Below are positions 10,483 through 19,932 of a stretch of DNA of 64,000 nucleotides, in pieces; the stretch's first letter is position 1; each line of letters starts with the position of its first letter. The translations under genes were made by a program, and so were the position numbers. The stretch covers positions 1-64,000 of the IMG/VR virus record IMGVR_UViG_3300011008_000049. One strand, written 5' to 3'. Below the pieces are notes generated by a model, which had not been told where the DNA came from, did no database searches, and saw only the letters and a program-made list of their open reading frames with translations. The DNA is from a virus. Lineage: Duplodnaviria > Caudoviricetes.

Positions 10483-10688
10483 TGAAAGATTTTGAAGTTA
10501 CTGGATTTACTAAAAATGGCGTTTGGTCAACCGTAACGGTTCATACAATCCGCGAATGTGTTGAGCAAAGAGCAAAAGAAAAGGGACTTGAAATCATTAC
10601 AAATATTCAGGAAGTAGCCGGAAGATTTGTTGATGAACAGCGGAGATTATACGAAGATTTGAGACTTGAACAATGTGAACAGATGTAG
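10482..10688 (+). CDS. hypothetical protein
   Basis: Coupled start/stop. Confidence 0.7.
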   Translation: MKDFEVTGFTKNGVWSTVTVHTIRECVEQRAKEKGLEIITNIQEVAGRFVDEQRRLYEDLRLEQCEQM

Positions 10689-10697
10689 GAGGAAAAT

Positions 10698-11024
10698 ATG
10701 CGTAAGGTTACATTTTATATTGATGATATTCAGTGTTTGCGAAATCGGTTAAAGGAAAGACACAATTTGCCGGATTCACAGATTGATGAAATTGTTTCTG
10801 GACTGAAAGAATTAAAAGCTATCTATTCCCTTTTCGGAGACAAATATATTGACCGTTATGAACTAACGGACATGGACGGAAACAAAATCAATATTAACAG
10901 TCTAAACAATTACGAAAGAGCCGTTGTATTGGGCGATTGTATGGCATATTTTGAAGGTAAGAAATTCCATTTTGACGGAGATTCACCGACAGGAGTTATT
11001 AAGATTGAAGAAACGGAGATTTGA
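10698..11024 (+). CDS. hypothetical protein
   Basis: AGGAGG RBS. Confidence 0.75.
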   Translation: MRKVTFYIDDIQCLRNRLKERHNLPDSQIDEIVSGLKELKAIYSLFGDKYIDRYELTDMDGNKININSLNNYERAVVLGDCMAYFEGKKFHFDGDSPTGVIKIEETEI

Positions 11025-11027
11025 AAA

Positions 11028-11291
11028 ATGAAATTATCAAAGAACGATAAAGAATATTTGAAAGAAATCGGATATTCTGAAAAAGATTTTAGTCAGATTG
11101 AGCGGGCAACCGGAAAAACCGATTATATGTATCAGCGCAAGAGAATCGGGCAGCAGAAAGCCGTTGAGCTTTTGGGAAGAAAGGATTATTTGAGCGGAAT
11201 TGCCAGGAGCGCATTTCATTTTACCGCTTGCAGAGAAACGCAGGACGGAAAGCCGGTATATTTCAATTCTATGAGATTTTTCAGAGATTAA
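11028..11291 (+). CDS. hypothetical protein
   Basis: RBS, operon context. Confidence 0.75.
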   Translation: MKLSKNDKEYLKEIGYSEKDFSQIERATGKTDYMYQRKRIGQQKAVELLGRKDYLSGIARSAFHFTACRETQDGKPVYFNSMRFFRD

Positions 11292-11301
11292 GGAGATAAA
11301 G

Positions 11302-11517
11302 ATGTTTACAATCAAAAGTATATCAGATGAAGGAATTTATTATCTTGTCAACGGATGGGATAGACATAAAGCATTCTGGAAGTTAAAAGAAAATTTGAAG
11401 CCGGATATGCTTTTCAAGAGTGCGGCAGATGCTAAACGTTCATTAACAAAGTTGTTAAAGATTATGCCGGATTATGCAACGGATAAATTTGAAATCGTTC
11501 AGATGGATATTGCGTAA
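11302..11517 (+). CDS. hypothetical protein
   Basis: AAGGAG RBS. Confidence 0.7.
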   Translation: MFTIKSISDEGIYYLVNGWDRHKAFWKLKENLKPDMLFKSAADAKRSLTKLLKIMPDYATDKFEIVQMDIA

Positions 11518-11553
11518 ATAAAACTGATATTTCATTTACTGAAGGGGAACGTT

Positions 11554-11757
11554 ATGGAGAACATTATTATTGATATGATTGAGGCGGCGTATAGGCACGC
11601 AGACAGAGAGATGGCAACACAGGCATATAAAATCATGTGCGAGTTTGCAAACACCGTAAATTGCCCGTCAAATTGGCGCGACATTGGTGAGAAAATGGCG
11701 GCACGGTATCAGGGCAACACCTGGATTGAGGAAAATTGCTGTCTGTACGATTTTTAA
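11554..11757 (+). CDS. hypothetical protein
   Basis: RBS. Confidence 0.65.
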   Translation: MENIIIDMIEAAYRHADREMATQAYKIMCEFANTVNCPSNWRDIGEKMAARYQGNTWIEENCCLYDF

Positions 11758-11769
11758 TTGCCGGACATA

Positions 11770-11798
11770 TTGACAAACTGAAAGTAGTATGATATAAT
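11770..11798 (+). promoter_or_regulatory. sigmaA promoter
   Basis: TTGACA-N17-TATAAT. Confidence 0.8.
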
Positions 11799-11824
11799 AT
11801 AGTAAATGGAGACAGGAGGATAAT

Positions 11825-12019
11825 ATGAGTCTTTTAGCAACAGTATTGATTTTGATGGTATGGGCGATTTATGGAATTGTTAGAGGACTAACGCCTTCAG
11901 ACCTGCCGATTGATGATATTGATAAGCATTGCAAGGGAGTAATGCAATGCAGTAATCAAAAGGAAAGACGGAAATATATAAAGCAGGATACAGCCAGACG
12001 GAGAAATAAAAACGGTTAA
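11825..12019 (+). CDS. small membrane protein
   Basis: AGGAGG RBS, N-terminal TM segment. Confidence 0.7.
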   Translation: MSLLATVLILMVWAIYGIVRGLTPSDLPIDDIDKHCKGVMQCSNQKERRKYIKQDTARRRNKNG

Positions 12020-12033
12020 GAGAGGTACACAAT

Positions 12034-12282
12034 ATGGCATATACACCGGAAGAAGCAAGGCAAAGAAAGAATAAGAGCCAAAGAGAATACGCAAAAAGAA
12101 CAGGTTATGCGGGCGGAGCAAAGTATAATAAGGAAAGAGGAAAAGTAATCAATTTCCGCCTATTTACGCCGCAGGATGATGCAATTTTGAACTGGATTAA
12201 CAGTCAATCAAATAAATCCGGTTATCTGAAATCTTTGATTAAAGAAGATATGAAGCGTAACGGAATTAAGGTAGACGATTAA
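12034..12282 (+). CDS. putative ribbon-helix-helix DNA-binding protein
   Basis: KYNKE..VINFRL..DDAILNWINSQSNKSGYLKSLIKEDM pattern. Confidence 0.55.
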   Translation: MAYTPEEARQRKNKSQREYAKRTGYAGGAKYNKERGKVINFRLFTPQDDAILNWINSQSNKSGYLKSLIKEDMKRNGIKVDD

Positions 12283-12352
12283 AGAAGGCATTCCTGGAAA
12301 CAGGAATTTCTTCAAAAATCTAAAAATAATTTGGAAAATTTTCAAAAAACAC

Positions 12353-12381
12353 TTGACAAACTGAAAGCAGTATGATATAAT
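12353..12381 (+). promoter_or_regulatory. sigmaA promoter
   Basis: TTGACA-N17-TATAAT with AAAATAATTTGGAA upstream element. Confidence 0.85.
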
Positions 12382-12413
12382 AAAGGTACAAAATAACAAA
12401 GGAGATAAAAACA

Positions 12414-12911
12414 ATGAGAGATTTAACAGAGTATGCAATCAGAAGTATGGAGTACCTTGACAATATCGGTATCGAGTACGGAAATATTATTGATTTTACG
12501 GTCAATACCAGAGCAAGAAACAGATGGGGACAGTGTAGAGCCGTTCCGGGCGGATATACGATTAACATTAACGCCGCATTGCTTGATGAAAGAAATGATG
12601 AAAACGGATTGATTAACACTATCCTCCATGAGTTGCTGCATAGTTGCAAAGGATGTATGAATCACGGCGAAAACTGGAAGCGGTTAGCCGCAAAGGTATA
12701 TCGTGAATATGGTTATAATATCAAGAGAACAAGCAACGCAGCAGAAAAGGGAGTTAAAGAGGAAACAAGACCGGAAAAGACGGTTAAACATAAATTCGTA
12801 TGTGAAGGATGCGGACAGGTTATTACAAGACAACGTGAAAGCGATTTTACAAAGAGATATGACAAATACACTTGTGGTAGATGTCACAGCCATTTCAAGA
12901 AAATTTTTTGA
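12414..12911 (+). CDS. SprT-like zinc metalloprotease
   Basis: HELLH..HG..W motif and C-terminal CxxC..CxxC zinc ribbon. Confidence 0.8.
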   Translation: MRDLTEYAIRSMEYLDNIGIEYGNIIDFTVNTRARNRWGQCRAVPGGYTININAALLDERNDENGLINTILHELLHSCKGCMNHGENWKRLAAKVYREYGYNIKRTSNAAEKGVKEETRPEKTVKHKFVCEGCGQVITRQRESDFTKRYDKYTCGRCHSHFKKIF

Positions 12912-12965
12912 TGTTTATAATAAGACGGAACAACACTATTACATAGAATAACGGAGGCAATATCA

Positions 12966-13160
12966 ATGAAAGACTATTATAAAGAGATTGACCAGGCATT
13001 GAAATCTTTTGAGGACTTCAAGCCATATCATACAAAGTCGATTGATTGGATTTGCAACCGGATTGATTGGTGCTGGAAATTCCGCCATATTACAGAGAAT
13101 CAGATGCACGAACTTGCAGACAGAGCCGTTACCGTGATGAACATGAGAAAGTTTTTCTAA
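12966..13160 (+). CDS. hypothetical protein
   Basis: GGAGG RBS. Confidence 0.7.
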   Translation: MKDYYKEIDQALKSFEDFKPYHTKSIDWICNRIDWCWKFRHITENQMHELADRAVTVMNMRKFF

Positions 13161-13188
13161 AAAATTAAAAATAATTTGGAATAACCTC

Positions 13189-13239
13189 TTGACAAATCAA
13201 AAACAAGGTGCTATAATGGTTATAGTAAATGAGTTACTA
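13189..13239 (+). promoter_or_regulatory. sigmaA promoter with TAGTAA-N5-TTACTA operator at +1
   Basis: TTGACA-N17-TATAAT; palindrome 13223-13239. Confidence 0.8.
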
Positions 13240-13256
13240 AACAGGAGGCAGCCAAA

Positions 13257-13472
13257 ATGAAAACAACAAGATTTTATGTAATAGTGGTTGAGCATATCAA
13301 GAGCCAGACCGCAAAAGTATCACAGGAAGCATATTTCGATTATGAGGAAGCAAAGAGCTTTATTGAATCCCGCAGCGACAAACCGGAACAGATAAGCCCA
13401 TTCAAATTTGAATCAGCGGAATACAGATACTTAATCAATGATGTATTCGCAAACAGAAAGGAAGGCAATTAA
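13257..13472 (+). CDS. hypothetical protein
   Basis: AGGAGG RBS. Confidence 0.7.
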   Translation: MKTTRFYVIVVEHIKSQTAKVSQEAYFDYEEAKSFIESRSDKPEQISPFKFESAEYRYLINDVFANRKEGN

Positions 13473-13473
13473 A

Positions 13474-13764
13474 ATGGTAGACTATTACGGAAATTGGACT
13501 TATGAAAAGAACACGCCGATGACCAGGATGTGCGATATGGACTATATCGCAAGGATGGTTGAGGCAAACGGCTATGAGCCGATGACCACGATGGAAAACC
13601 TGGTTGAAATGATTATTTCTTCCTATCAGACCTATCTTGATGATACCGGTTATGAGTATTACGGAATCGAGAATGACCCGGAGAGTTTGACAGTCAATGT
13701 TGATGACATTGAATGCTATGTTCATGATAACGGCGGATTCGCAGAATTTGATTATTATTGCTGA
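13474..13764 (+). CDS. acidic hypothetical protein
   Basis: Start moved to ATG 13474, after the upstream stop. Confidence 0.65.
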   Translation: MVDYYGNWTYEKNTPMTRMCDMDYIARMVEANGYEPMTTMENLVEMIISSYQTYLDDTGYEYYGIENDPESLTVNVDDIECYVHDNGGFAEFDYYC

Positions 13765-13804
13765 TAAAAATAAGATAGAATAACACAGAAAGGAAACTAT
13801 AAAA

Positions 13805-14578
13805 ATGAAGATTAAAACATGGATTAAATATGAAGAAAGTTATTTGCCTCCGAGATGCCGCAAGTTGCGTTATCGTGAGTGTGAGGATTATATCAACGTC
13901 AATCTGAAGGAAGTTGCGCCGGATGAAATGAGACTTGCATTTGAGGATAATTCCTATTCCGGCAAGGGAAAGATTTATTACTACAAAGGAAAGTTGTGGA
14001 GTAAGGTAAAATCCGGAAACTTTATGTGTAATCCAGAGGAACGCGGAATTAAAACGCCTCTTGAAGAACTGAAATATGTAAATGCACATTGTTCAATCTA
14101 TTTCCCACGCAGTTGGAGAGACGGAGAGCATCCGGGCAAAGAAAGAATGTTGTCGGCAGCCAGGAAAGCAATCAAGAATTACGTTCTGATTGATGAAGAA
14201 ATTTATGAACAGACCGCCGAGCCGAGATACGTTATCAATACCTTCGGACTTGGACACAATCACGGCGGTACTGGAATGTTTGTTGAGTATCATTACAATC
14301 CGAATATTCGCAACGACAATTATTTTTCGGCGCTGGATGGTAAGAAAGCCGTTGAATATGCGAACAGTGTAGCCGCAGGGCGCGGAGATACAAACGATGT
14401 CGGAAGATTTAAGGAACTGATTATTGTCTATATGCCGGAGCTTGTCAAGGTTAAGCCGAAGAAACAACACGGAGAGGGCAACAAATTTCTTAATGACGTT
14501 GAAGATATTATCAATGGTTCAGGTGATGCGCTGACAGCCGGATTGCTTTGTATGTCTCTGATTGCACATGAAAAGTAA
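13805..14578 (+). CDS. hypothetical protein
   Basis: 257-aa ORF with RBS. Confidence 0.8.
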   Translation: MKIKTWIKYEESYLPPRCRKLRYRECEDYINVNLKEVAPDEMRLAFEDNSYSGKGKIYYYKGKLWSKVKSGNFMCNPEERGIKTPLEELKYVNAHCSIYFPRSWRDGEHPGKERMLSAARKAIKNYVLIDEEIYEQTAEPRYVINTFGLGHNHGGTGMFVEYHYNPNIRNDNYFSALDGKKAVEYANSVAAGRGDTNDVGRFKELIIVYMPELVKVKPKKQHGEGNKFLNDVEDIINGSGDALTAGLLCMSLIAHEK

Positions 14579-14744
14579 GGAGGCACAATATGAGCAAAGA
14601 AATGACAACGGATGAGTGTATGGAAGTATTCAAGAAGTACGACATGGAACTTTATAACTACTATAAAAACAATATGTGGTATTTCGGATGTGATGCAAGA
14701 CGGTATGCGGAATATCTGAAAAGGACAAAGGAAGGAGCATAAAA

Positions 14745-15173
14745 ATGGCAAGAGAGATTAACGGAACACTTTATCGAATCCGTGGTTATAGTGGAGTACC
14801 GCATTATGTGGAGTGTGAAAATCTGTATGACCTTTATTGCTATATATCGGAAAACTGGATGATGAAAGGTTATCCCATTTCTTCTATTAACCGGATGGAT
14901 GCCGATGGAACAACACCGAAAGTCGCAGTATTGACAAACAAGGATTTTAAGCGGATTTTAGCAAAGTATCAGAATTTCGCTTATGCAACACAACAGTTAA
15001 TGAAATTTAATTATCATGTTGAATTCACTATTACGAATCACGCCAGGGTTTATTACAAGGACAAGAGCGGAGATTTTACGGAGTTATCGCCTTGTGATGA
15101 GATGAGACACGGATATGTAACAATCGAAGGAAAGGTTCAGAACATTGACGAATGGTTGAATAGGAGAATATGA
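14745..15173 (+). CDS. hypothetical protein
   Basis: RBS. Confidence 0.7.
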   Translation: MAREINGTLYRIRGYSGVPHYVECENLYDLYCYISENWMMKGYPISSINRMDADGTTPKVAVLTNKDFKRILAKYQNFAYATQQLMKFNYHVEFTITNHARVYYKDKSGDFTELSPCDEMRHGYVTIEGKVQNIDEWLNRRI

Positions 15174-15574
15174 GAATGAACATTATTATTGAAAGTTTTG
15201 ATAAGAAAATCAAAGAGTTTGAATCTCATAAAGAATATCCGTGGTTAAAGCAAGAAGCTGAAAAGGCAAAGAGAGCATACGGCGGTTATGGATTAGAAGC
15301 AATTATCTATGAGGATTTTATAGAAAGAATTGTAGCAATGCCGAGCGATTATATCCTGGATTGGCTTGATAAAAAGAATGAGCTTAAATGGCGCGAATGT
15401 GACAAAAAGATGATTAACGCAATTAAAGGCGGATATGTTCATTTGCTTGAAAAGTACAAAAATCATTCAATTCATCATATCGGAACTGGTTCGGAAAAGT
15501 TTTATGAATCATGTGGATATGAAATAATCAAGGATGGCGATAATGTTTTTGCAGTAAAGGAGGATGCAGCGTGA
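15170..15574 (+). CDS. hypothetical protein
   Basis: ATGA overlap. Confidence 0.7.
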   Translation: MRMNIIIESFDKKIKEFESHKEYPWLKQEAEKAKRAYGGYGLEAIIYEDFIERIVAMPSDYILDWLDKKNELKWRECDKKMINAIKGGYVHLLEKYKNHSIHHIGTGSEKFYESCGYEIIKDGDNVFAVKEDAA

Positions 15575-15756
15575 GAGTTAAAAGAATGACACTTGTTGAA
15601 GGAATGAGTGTAAAGATTGACGATTATCCGAACTTTCATAAAAGCGGAAATGTTCGCGGAATGAAAGAAAATGTTTACGGAAAGGATGCGCTGTTAGTAC
15701 GGTGCGGAAATTATATTTACAAAGTACCGAAAGAGATATATGACAGCGCCCATTGA
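15571..15756 (+). CDS. hypothetical protein
   Basis: GTGA overlap, AGGAGG RBS. Confidence 0.65.
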   Translation: MRVKRMTLVEGMSVKIDDYPNFHKSGNVRGMKENVYGKDALLVRCGNYIYKVPKEIYDSAH

Positions 15757-15767
15757 GGAGGAAAATC

Positions 15768-15959
15768 ATGTATAAGCCAGGTGACAGAGTTAAATATAAA
15801 ACTTCAACAATCAGAACAATTCATCAAGGAGAAATTATCGGACAAACAAAAACCGGAATAATTGAGGAAGTGTTTTCAACACTTGATAACAAGCCTTGTT
15901 ATTGGATTGCAGGAGAAAAAGAATTGATTTTGCAAGGACAAATTATCGGAGGTGTATAA
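15768..15959 (+). CDS. small SH3/KOW-like hypothetical protein
   Basis: YKPGDRVKY motif; GAGGAGG RBS. Confidence 0.55.
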   Translation: MYKPGDRVKYKTSTIRTIHQGEIIGQTKTGIIEEVFSTLDNKPCYWIAGEKELILQGQIIGGV

Positions 15960-16187
15960 ATGCAAGTCAACGATGTTGTGCAGTTTACGGAAAATCACAA
16001 ATGGTGTGGTTGTCTGGGAATTGTAACGGAAGAAAAGCATTGTGGAGATGATATTCGGTACATGGTCGGAGTACCTATTCCGGAGCAAGGAACGGCATAT
16101 ATCTTCACGATGAAAAGTAAAAACGAAATCGAGCATATCGGAAAAGCCGTATTGATTGCGGTGGAAACAAACGAAAAAGGAGAATAA
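15960..16187 (+). CDS. hypothetical protein
   Basis: GGAGG RBS. Confidence 0.7.
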   Translation: MQVNDVVQFTENHKWCGCLGIVTEEKHCGDDIRYMVGVPIPEQGTAYIFTMKSKNEIEHIGKAVLIAVETNEKGE

Positions 16188-16189
16188 CA

Positions 16190-16960
16190 ATGACAAAAGA
16201 AATGAATTTAACACGAATAAGCGGAAAACCTAAAAGGAAGCGCAGACCTCTATCAGAGAATGCAAAACAGAAATTACGATGGATTAGATTGACGGTTATC
16301 ACTTTTATAATTCTGTTCGTTCTTTCGATGATTGTAAATGCAATTGTATCAGCCGGAAACGCAGAAGCAGTAAAGGATTCTGACATTGAAACAATTACTA
16401 TTGAAAATCATAAAGAAGATATAGCATCTAATCTTTTATACATAGTATCGAGTGAAAGCAGTGCGCCGGAAATTGCAGAAAAGGCAACGGAAAAAGTAAC
16501 GGAAAGCAAGCCGGAAAAGGTTGTATCAACTGTATCAGAGGAAGCAACGGAAGCGGTAACGGAAAAAGTTATAGAGCCGGTAGCAGAAGTAAGAAGTTAC
16601 ACAGATGATGACCTGTTCTATCTTGCCGCAGCGGTATGCCGAGAAGCAGGGGGCGCAACGGATGAAATTCAATTGCTGGTTGCAAACGTGGTTATCAATC
16701 GAGTTAATTCTTCAATCTATCCGAACACTATTTATGAAGTATTAACACAGAAATCACAGTACGGAACAATGTGGAAATACGGAATATCTTTTCCGAATTG
16801 GGCTGACCAGAGCATTCAAGACCATTGTTATGACATAGCAAGGAGAATCCTTGACGGTGAGCGAGTTTGTCCGGAAAATGTGCTTTTCCAGGCGGAATTT
16901 GAACAAGGTTCAGGAATCTATAAACAGTTTGGTGACGATTATTATTTCTGTTATTACTAA
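16190..16960 (+). CDS. membrane-anchored SleB-like cell wall hydrolase
   Basis: TM helix, Glu/Thr linker, LAAAVCREAGG..VANVVINRV..YPNTIYEVLTQKSQY. Confidence 0.85.
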   Translation: MTKEMNLTRISGKPKRKRRPLSENAKQKLRWIRLTVITFIILFVLSMIVNAIVSAGNAEAVKDSDIETITIENHKEDIASNLLYIVSSESSAPEIAEKATEKVTESKPEKVVSTVSEEATEAVTEKVIEPVAEVRSYTDDDLFYLAAAVCREAGGATDEIQLLVANVVINRVNSSIYPNTIYEVLTQKSQYGTMWKYGISFPNWADQSIQDHCYDIARRILDGERVCPENVLFQAEFEQGSGIYKQFGDDYYFCYY

Positions 16961-16982
16961 TACATAAAGGAGAACAAAAGGA

Positions 16983-18131
16983 ATGAAATTTTCTATCTAT
17001 TCAACGGAATTTAAGAACATTACGGAGCGTGCGGCGATTGTATGCTTGAAAAAGGGTTTATCCACTGTTACAAGTCTCTTGATTATCGCAGACAAGGAAA
17101 ATCAGAGAGTAATTATCAAGGCGGCAAATCTGAATTCCTTTGTTGAAATCTTTTCTGACGATGTAAGAGTTGAGGAAGGCGGGAAAATCTTTGTCGAGTT
17201 GGAGAATATTAAGCGCCTTTATAATGTTGTCGGAGAAATAACAGTTGAAGCAACAAAGAATTCTATCAAGGTAAGAAGCAATAAGAAGCAGGGCGAAGTT
17301 TACGCCTTTGCAGAACTTGATGAAATCGCATTCCCGGAAATCGTATCTGATAAGGCGTTTTCAGCGGATAAAGACGATATGCTTGAAACGTTCTCAAAGC
17401 TATCTTGTTGCCTTTCCGGAGACGAATCCAGACCGATTTTCACGGGATTTAATGTAGCAGTAAATAATTCGGGGGCAGACCGTATTGTTTCTTGTGATGG
17501 TTACAGAGCCGTTATGAGAAAAGTTGATTGGAACTTCAATCCCGTTCTCAATATTACAATTCCTGGATATATTGTCAAAGAACTTTCAAAAGTATCGGCA
17601 AACAAGCGAAAGGAAAATATCGAAGTATTTTACAATGAAAAATACGCATGGTTTGTCGGAAATGACTTTACATATACTACAAGACTTCTTGAAGGAAAGT
17701 ATTTTGACATTGATAAGAACTTTGAATCCGGATATTCTACATACGGATTTGAAATTCCCGCAAATGTTCTCTTTTCCATTGCAAAAGAATACAGCGGTTT
17801 TCTGAAAGGTACGCAGATTCCGATGTATGTATGCTATATCAACGGAAAACTTGTTACAGCAGCAATGAGTAGCAATTACAGGACTTCCGATGTTCTGGAA
17901 GTTGATAATATGCACGACATTCCGGAAAATTTGAGATATGCAATGAATCCCATGTATGTCAAAGACGTTTCAGAAATCTTTGAAAAGGATAAAATCGTTA
18001 TCGAAGCGGATTTGAACAACAAATATACGGCATGGTTTTTCAAGGGAGACAACGGATATACCGGCTTGATTCTTCCGGTAAGACCGAGAGAAGATTTGAG
18101 CGATATTGAGGAATTTGTTGCGAGTGCTTGA
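16983..18131 (+). CDS. dnaN: DNA polymerase III beta sliding clamp-like protein
   Basis: 382 aa; SRPIFTG, SCDGYR, RLLEGKY, C-terminal LILPVR. Confidence 0.85.
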   Translation: MKFSIYSTEFKNITERAAIVCLKKGLSTVTSLLIIADKENQRVIIKAANLNSFVEIFSDDVRVEEGGKIFVELENIKRLYNVVGEITVEATKNSIKVRSNKKQGEVYAFAELDEIAFPEIVSDKAFSADKDDMLETFSKLSCCLSGDESRPIFTGFNVAVNNSGADRIVSCDGYRAVMRKVDWNFNPVLNITIPGYIVKELSKVSANKRKENIEVFYNEKYAWFVGNDFTYTTRLLEGKYFDIDKNFESGYSTYGFEIPANVLFSIAKEYSGFLKGTQIPMYVCYINGKLVTAAMSSNYRTSDVLEVDNMHDIPENLRYAMNPMYVKDVSEIFEKDKIVIEADLNNKYTAWFFKGDNGYTGLILPVRPREDLSDIEEFVASA

Positions 18132-18179
18132 TTGACAATTTGAATTTCGCAGGGTATAATAGTAGTAAATCAATTACTA
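18132..18179 (+). promoter_or_regulatory. sigmaA promoter with TAGTAA-N5-TTACTA operator
   Basis: TTGACA-N17-TATAAT; palindrome 18163-18179. Confidence 0.8.
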
Positions 18180-18203
18180 TTATACCTTGCAGGAGGAAAA
18201 CAA

Positions 18204-18500
18204 GTGAAAGATAAGATTGCAGCACAAATTTTGATTTACAATGACCTATGGGAGAAAACAGATAAATCTGTAATTGCTGACAATGTGGAAAAATATCTGT
18301 TTATCAAATTTCCGGAGTGTTCGGGGGCGTTTGATACCAAAATGAACAAACTGGAAGAAATAACAGGTTCAAAAAGACAAACAATATACGCATGGTTGAA
18401 CCGGAGCAGAAACAGAGTAAAAGTACCGTTAATGAAACTATGTACGATTGCAAACGCATTGGATGTTGATATTGCGGATTTATTGAAAAAGGAAGATTGA
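18204..18500 (+). CDS. Xre-family HTH regulator
   Basis: LEEITGSKRQTIYAW...LCTIANALDVDIADLL. Confidence 0.75.
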   Translation: MKDKIAAQILIYNDLWEKTDKSVIADNVEKYLFIKFPECSGAFDTKMNKLEEITGSKRQTIYAWLNRSRNRVKVPLMKLCTIANALDVDIADLLKKED

Positions 18501-18531
18501 AAAATAATTTAGAAAATATTCAATCTTGCTA

Positions 18532-18560
18532 TTGACAAACCGAAGGAATTGTGATATAAT
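18532..18560 (+). promoter_or_regulatory. sigmaA promoter upstream of riboswitch
   Basis: TTGACA-N17-TATAAT. Confidence 0.85.
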
Positions 18561-18568
18561 ACATTACA

Positions 18569-18650
18569 CTATCAAGAGTGCGTAAGGGAGCAAGCCCAAT
18601 GACCGCACAGCAACCTACCAGATGGCAAGGTGCTAATGCTTGACCGATAG
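18569..18650 (+). promoter_or_regulatory. SAM-I family riboswitch aptamer (P4-less, SAM-I/IV-like)
   Basis: CTATCAAGAG..AGGGA..GCCC.ATGA..CAGCAACC..AAGGTGCTAA..GATAG; P1 CTATC/GATAG; CAAGC/GCTTG pseudoknot. Confidence 0.8.
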
Positions 18651-18670
18651 GATTATATGAGATTATTCCC

Positions 18671-18701
18671 TATCCTATCGGTAACGATGGGATATTTTCT
18701 T
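18671..18701 (+). terminator. riboswitch-controlled intrinsic terminator
   Basis: TATCCTATCG-GTAA-CGATGGGATA then TTTTCTT; competes with ACCGATAGGAT/ATCCTATCGGT antiterminator. Confidence 0.7.
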
Positions 18702-18743
18702 ATGAACTCTGATAAATAATCTAAATTTATTGGAGGATTTGAA

Positions 18744-19064
18744 ATGAACAGAACTATTAGAAAATTGGCAGAGAAGAACGGCAGAGTTTATGTATATCTT
18801 GCAAACGGAGAAATTGGAAATAAATTCTTGCAGCAAGCCGAATCGGAAGGATTTACTTTTTGTGACGGTGCAAAACCTACTGAAAGATGTTATGCAGAAA
18901 TTATGACGGTAAACCGTGATATTACTATTAACTTTGTCGGAGCAAATGGAAGAATTGCATTCGGCGCAGGAGCAAAGAAAATCGGAGACGAAGAACTCAT
19001 CCGCGTTGATTATGAAAAGTATATCGCCGGAGACGAGGACTATAATTTCAATGGCAAACATTAA
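18744..19064 (+). CDS. hypothetical protein under riboswitch control
   Basis: GGAGG RBS, first ORF after riboswitch. Confidence 0.75.
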   Translation: MNRTIRKLAEKNGRVYVYLANGEIGNKFLQQAESEGFTFCDGAKPTERCYAEIMTVNRDITINFVGANGRIAFGAGAKKIGDEELIRVDYEKYIAGDEDYNFNGKH

Positions 19065-19219
19065 CCAAAACACAGTTTTCTTCATGGAGAAAAACATTCA
19101 CGGCGCATGGGTTGTCTATGGTACAGAAGGAGTAAAACAATACTATGGATATACGAAAGCCGAAGCCAGGAAGAAATATATTGAAGAATGTAAAACAATA
19201 ATTAATCAAAGGTGATATT

Positions 19220-19426
19220 ATGAAATGTCCATATTGTGAAAATGATACAAACGATTTTATCATCTTAAATCAAACTGTTGAATATTCCGGAATTGAAATG
19301 GCAGTGAATAGGCAAGGTTGTTTGAGAGTAAGAACATATCCAGATGGAACAGACAATAATTTTGATTCGCAGGATATAGTTGAAATAAAGTATTGTCCGA
19401 ATTGCGGAAAACGATTTATGAAGTGA
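19220..19426 (+). CDS. small zinc-finger protein
   Basis: CPYC...YCPNCG. Confidence 0.7.
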   Translation: MKCPYCENDTNDFIILNQTVEYSGIEMAVNRQGCLRVRTYPDGTDNNFDSQDIVEIKYCPNCGKRFMK

Positions 19427-19436
19427 GGTCTAATGT

Positions 19437-19769
19437 ATGAACAAAATGCGCGTTTGGTGGATTCCGCAAGTTGGAGCGGATGCAACCTTTTATGTGCCAG
19501 TTGAAACAGTTGAAGAAGCAAAGAAAGTTATGGATATGCTTGCAGCTTATGACTGTTTCCAGTATAACCATAGAATTAAGCCAGATTTTTGTAATACCGG
19601 TGGGCTTCAAGTGTGGGACGAAGCAGAGAATGATTGGGTCGATTGGACTTATGAGGATGATGAATCCTACTATGATGATGTCGATGAGTATTGTGAGGAA
19701 AAATCTGAAAAGTCGGAAGAACTTTCTGAATTTACAAAATCAGTAATGTCGCAAGTTGAATTCGATTAA
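19437..19769 (+). CDS. P22 gp17-like (superinfection-exclusion escape) protein
   Basis: RVWWIPQV..LAAYD.FQY...IKPDFCN.GGL, recalled from the gp17 family. Confidence 0.55.
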   Translation: MNKMRVWWIPQVGADATFYVPVETVEEAKKVMDMLAAYDCFQYNHRIKPDFCNTGGLQVWDEAENDWVDWTYEDDESYYDDVDEYCEEKSEKSEELSEFTKSVMSQVEFD

Positions 19770-19932
19770 GTAAATAAAATGCTCGTTTTATTAAATGTTT
19801 ATTATTATTGACAAAACAAGCAATAATGTTCAAAACAATAAACAAAATACTTGCAATCAAAATAAATGATGGCGTAAAGCCTTGAAAAATAAGAAAAATT
19901 TAGTTGCAGTTATTTGCAGATTGGAGATTTAT

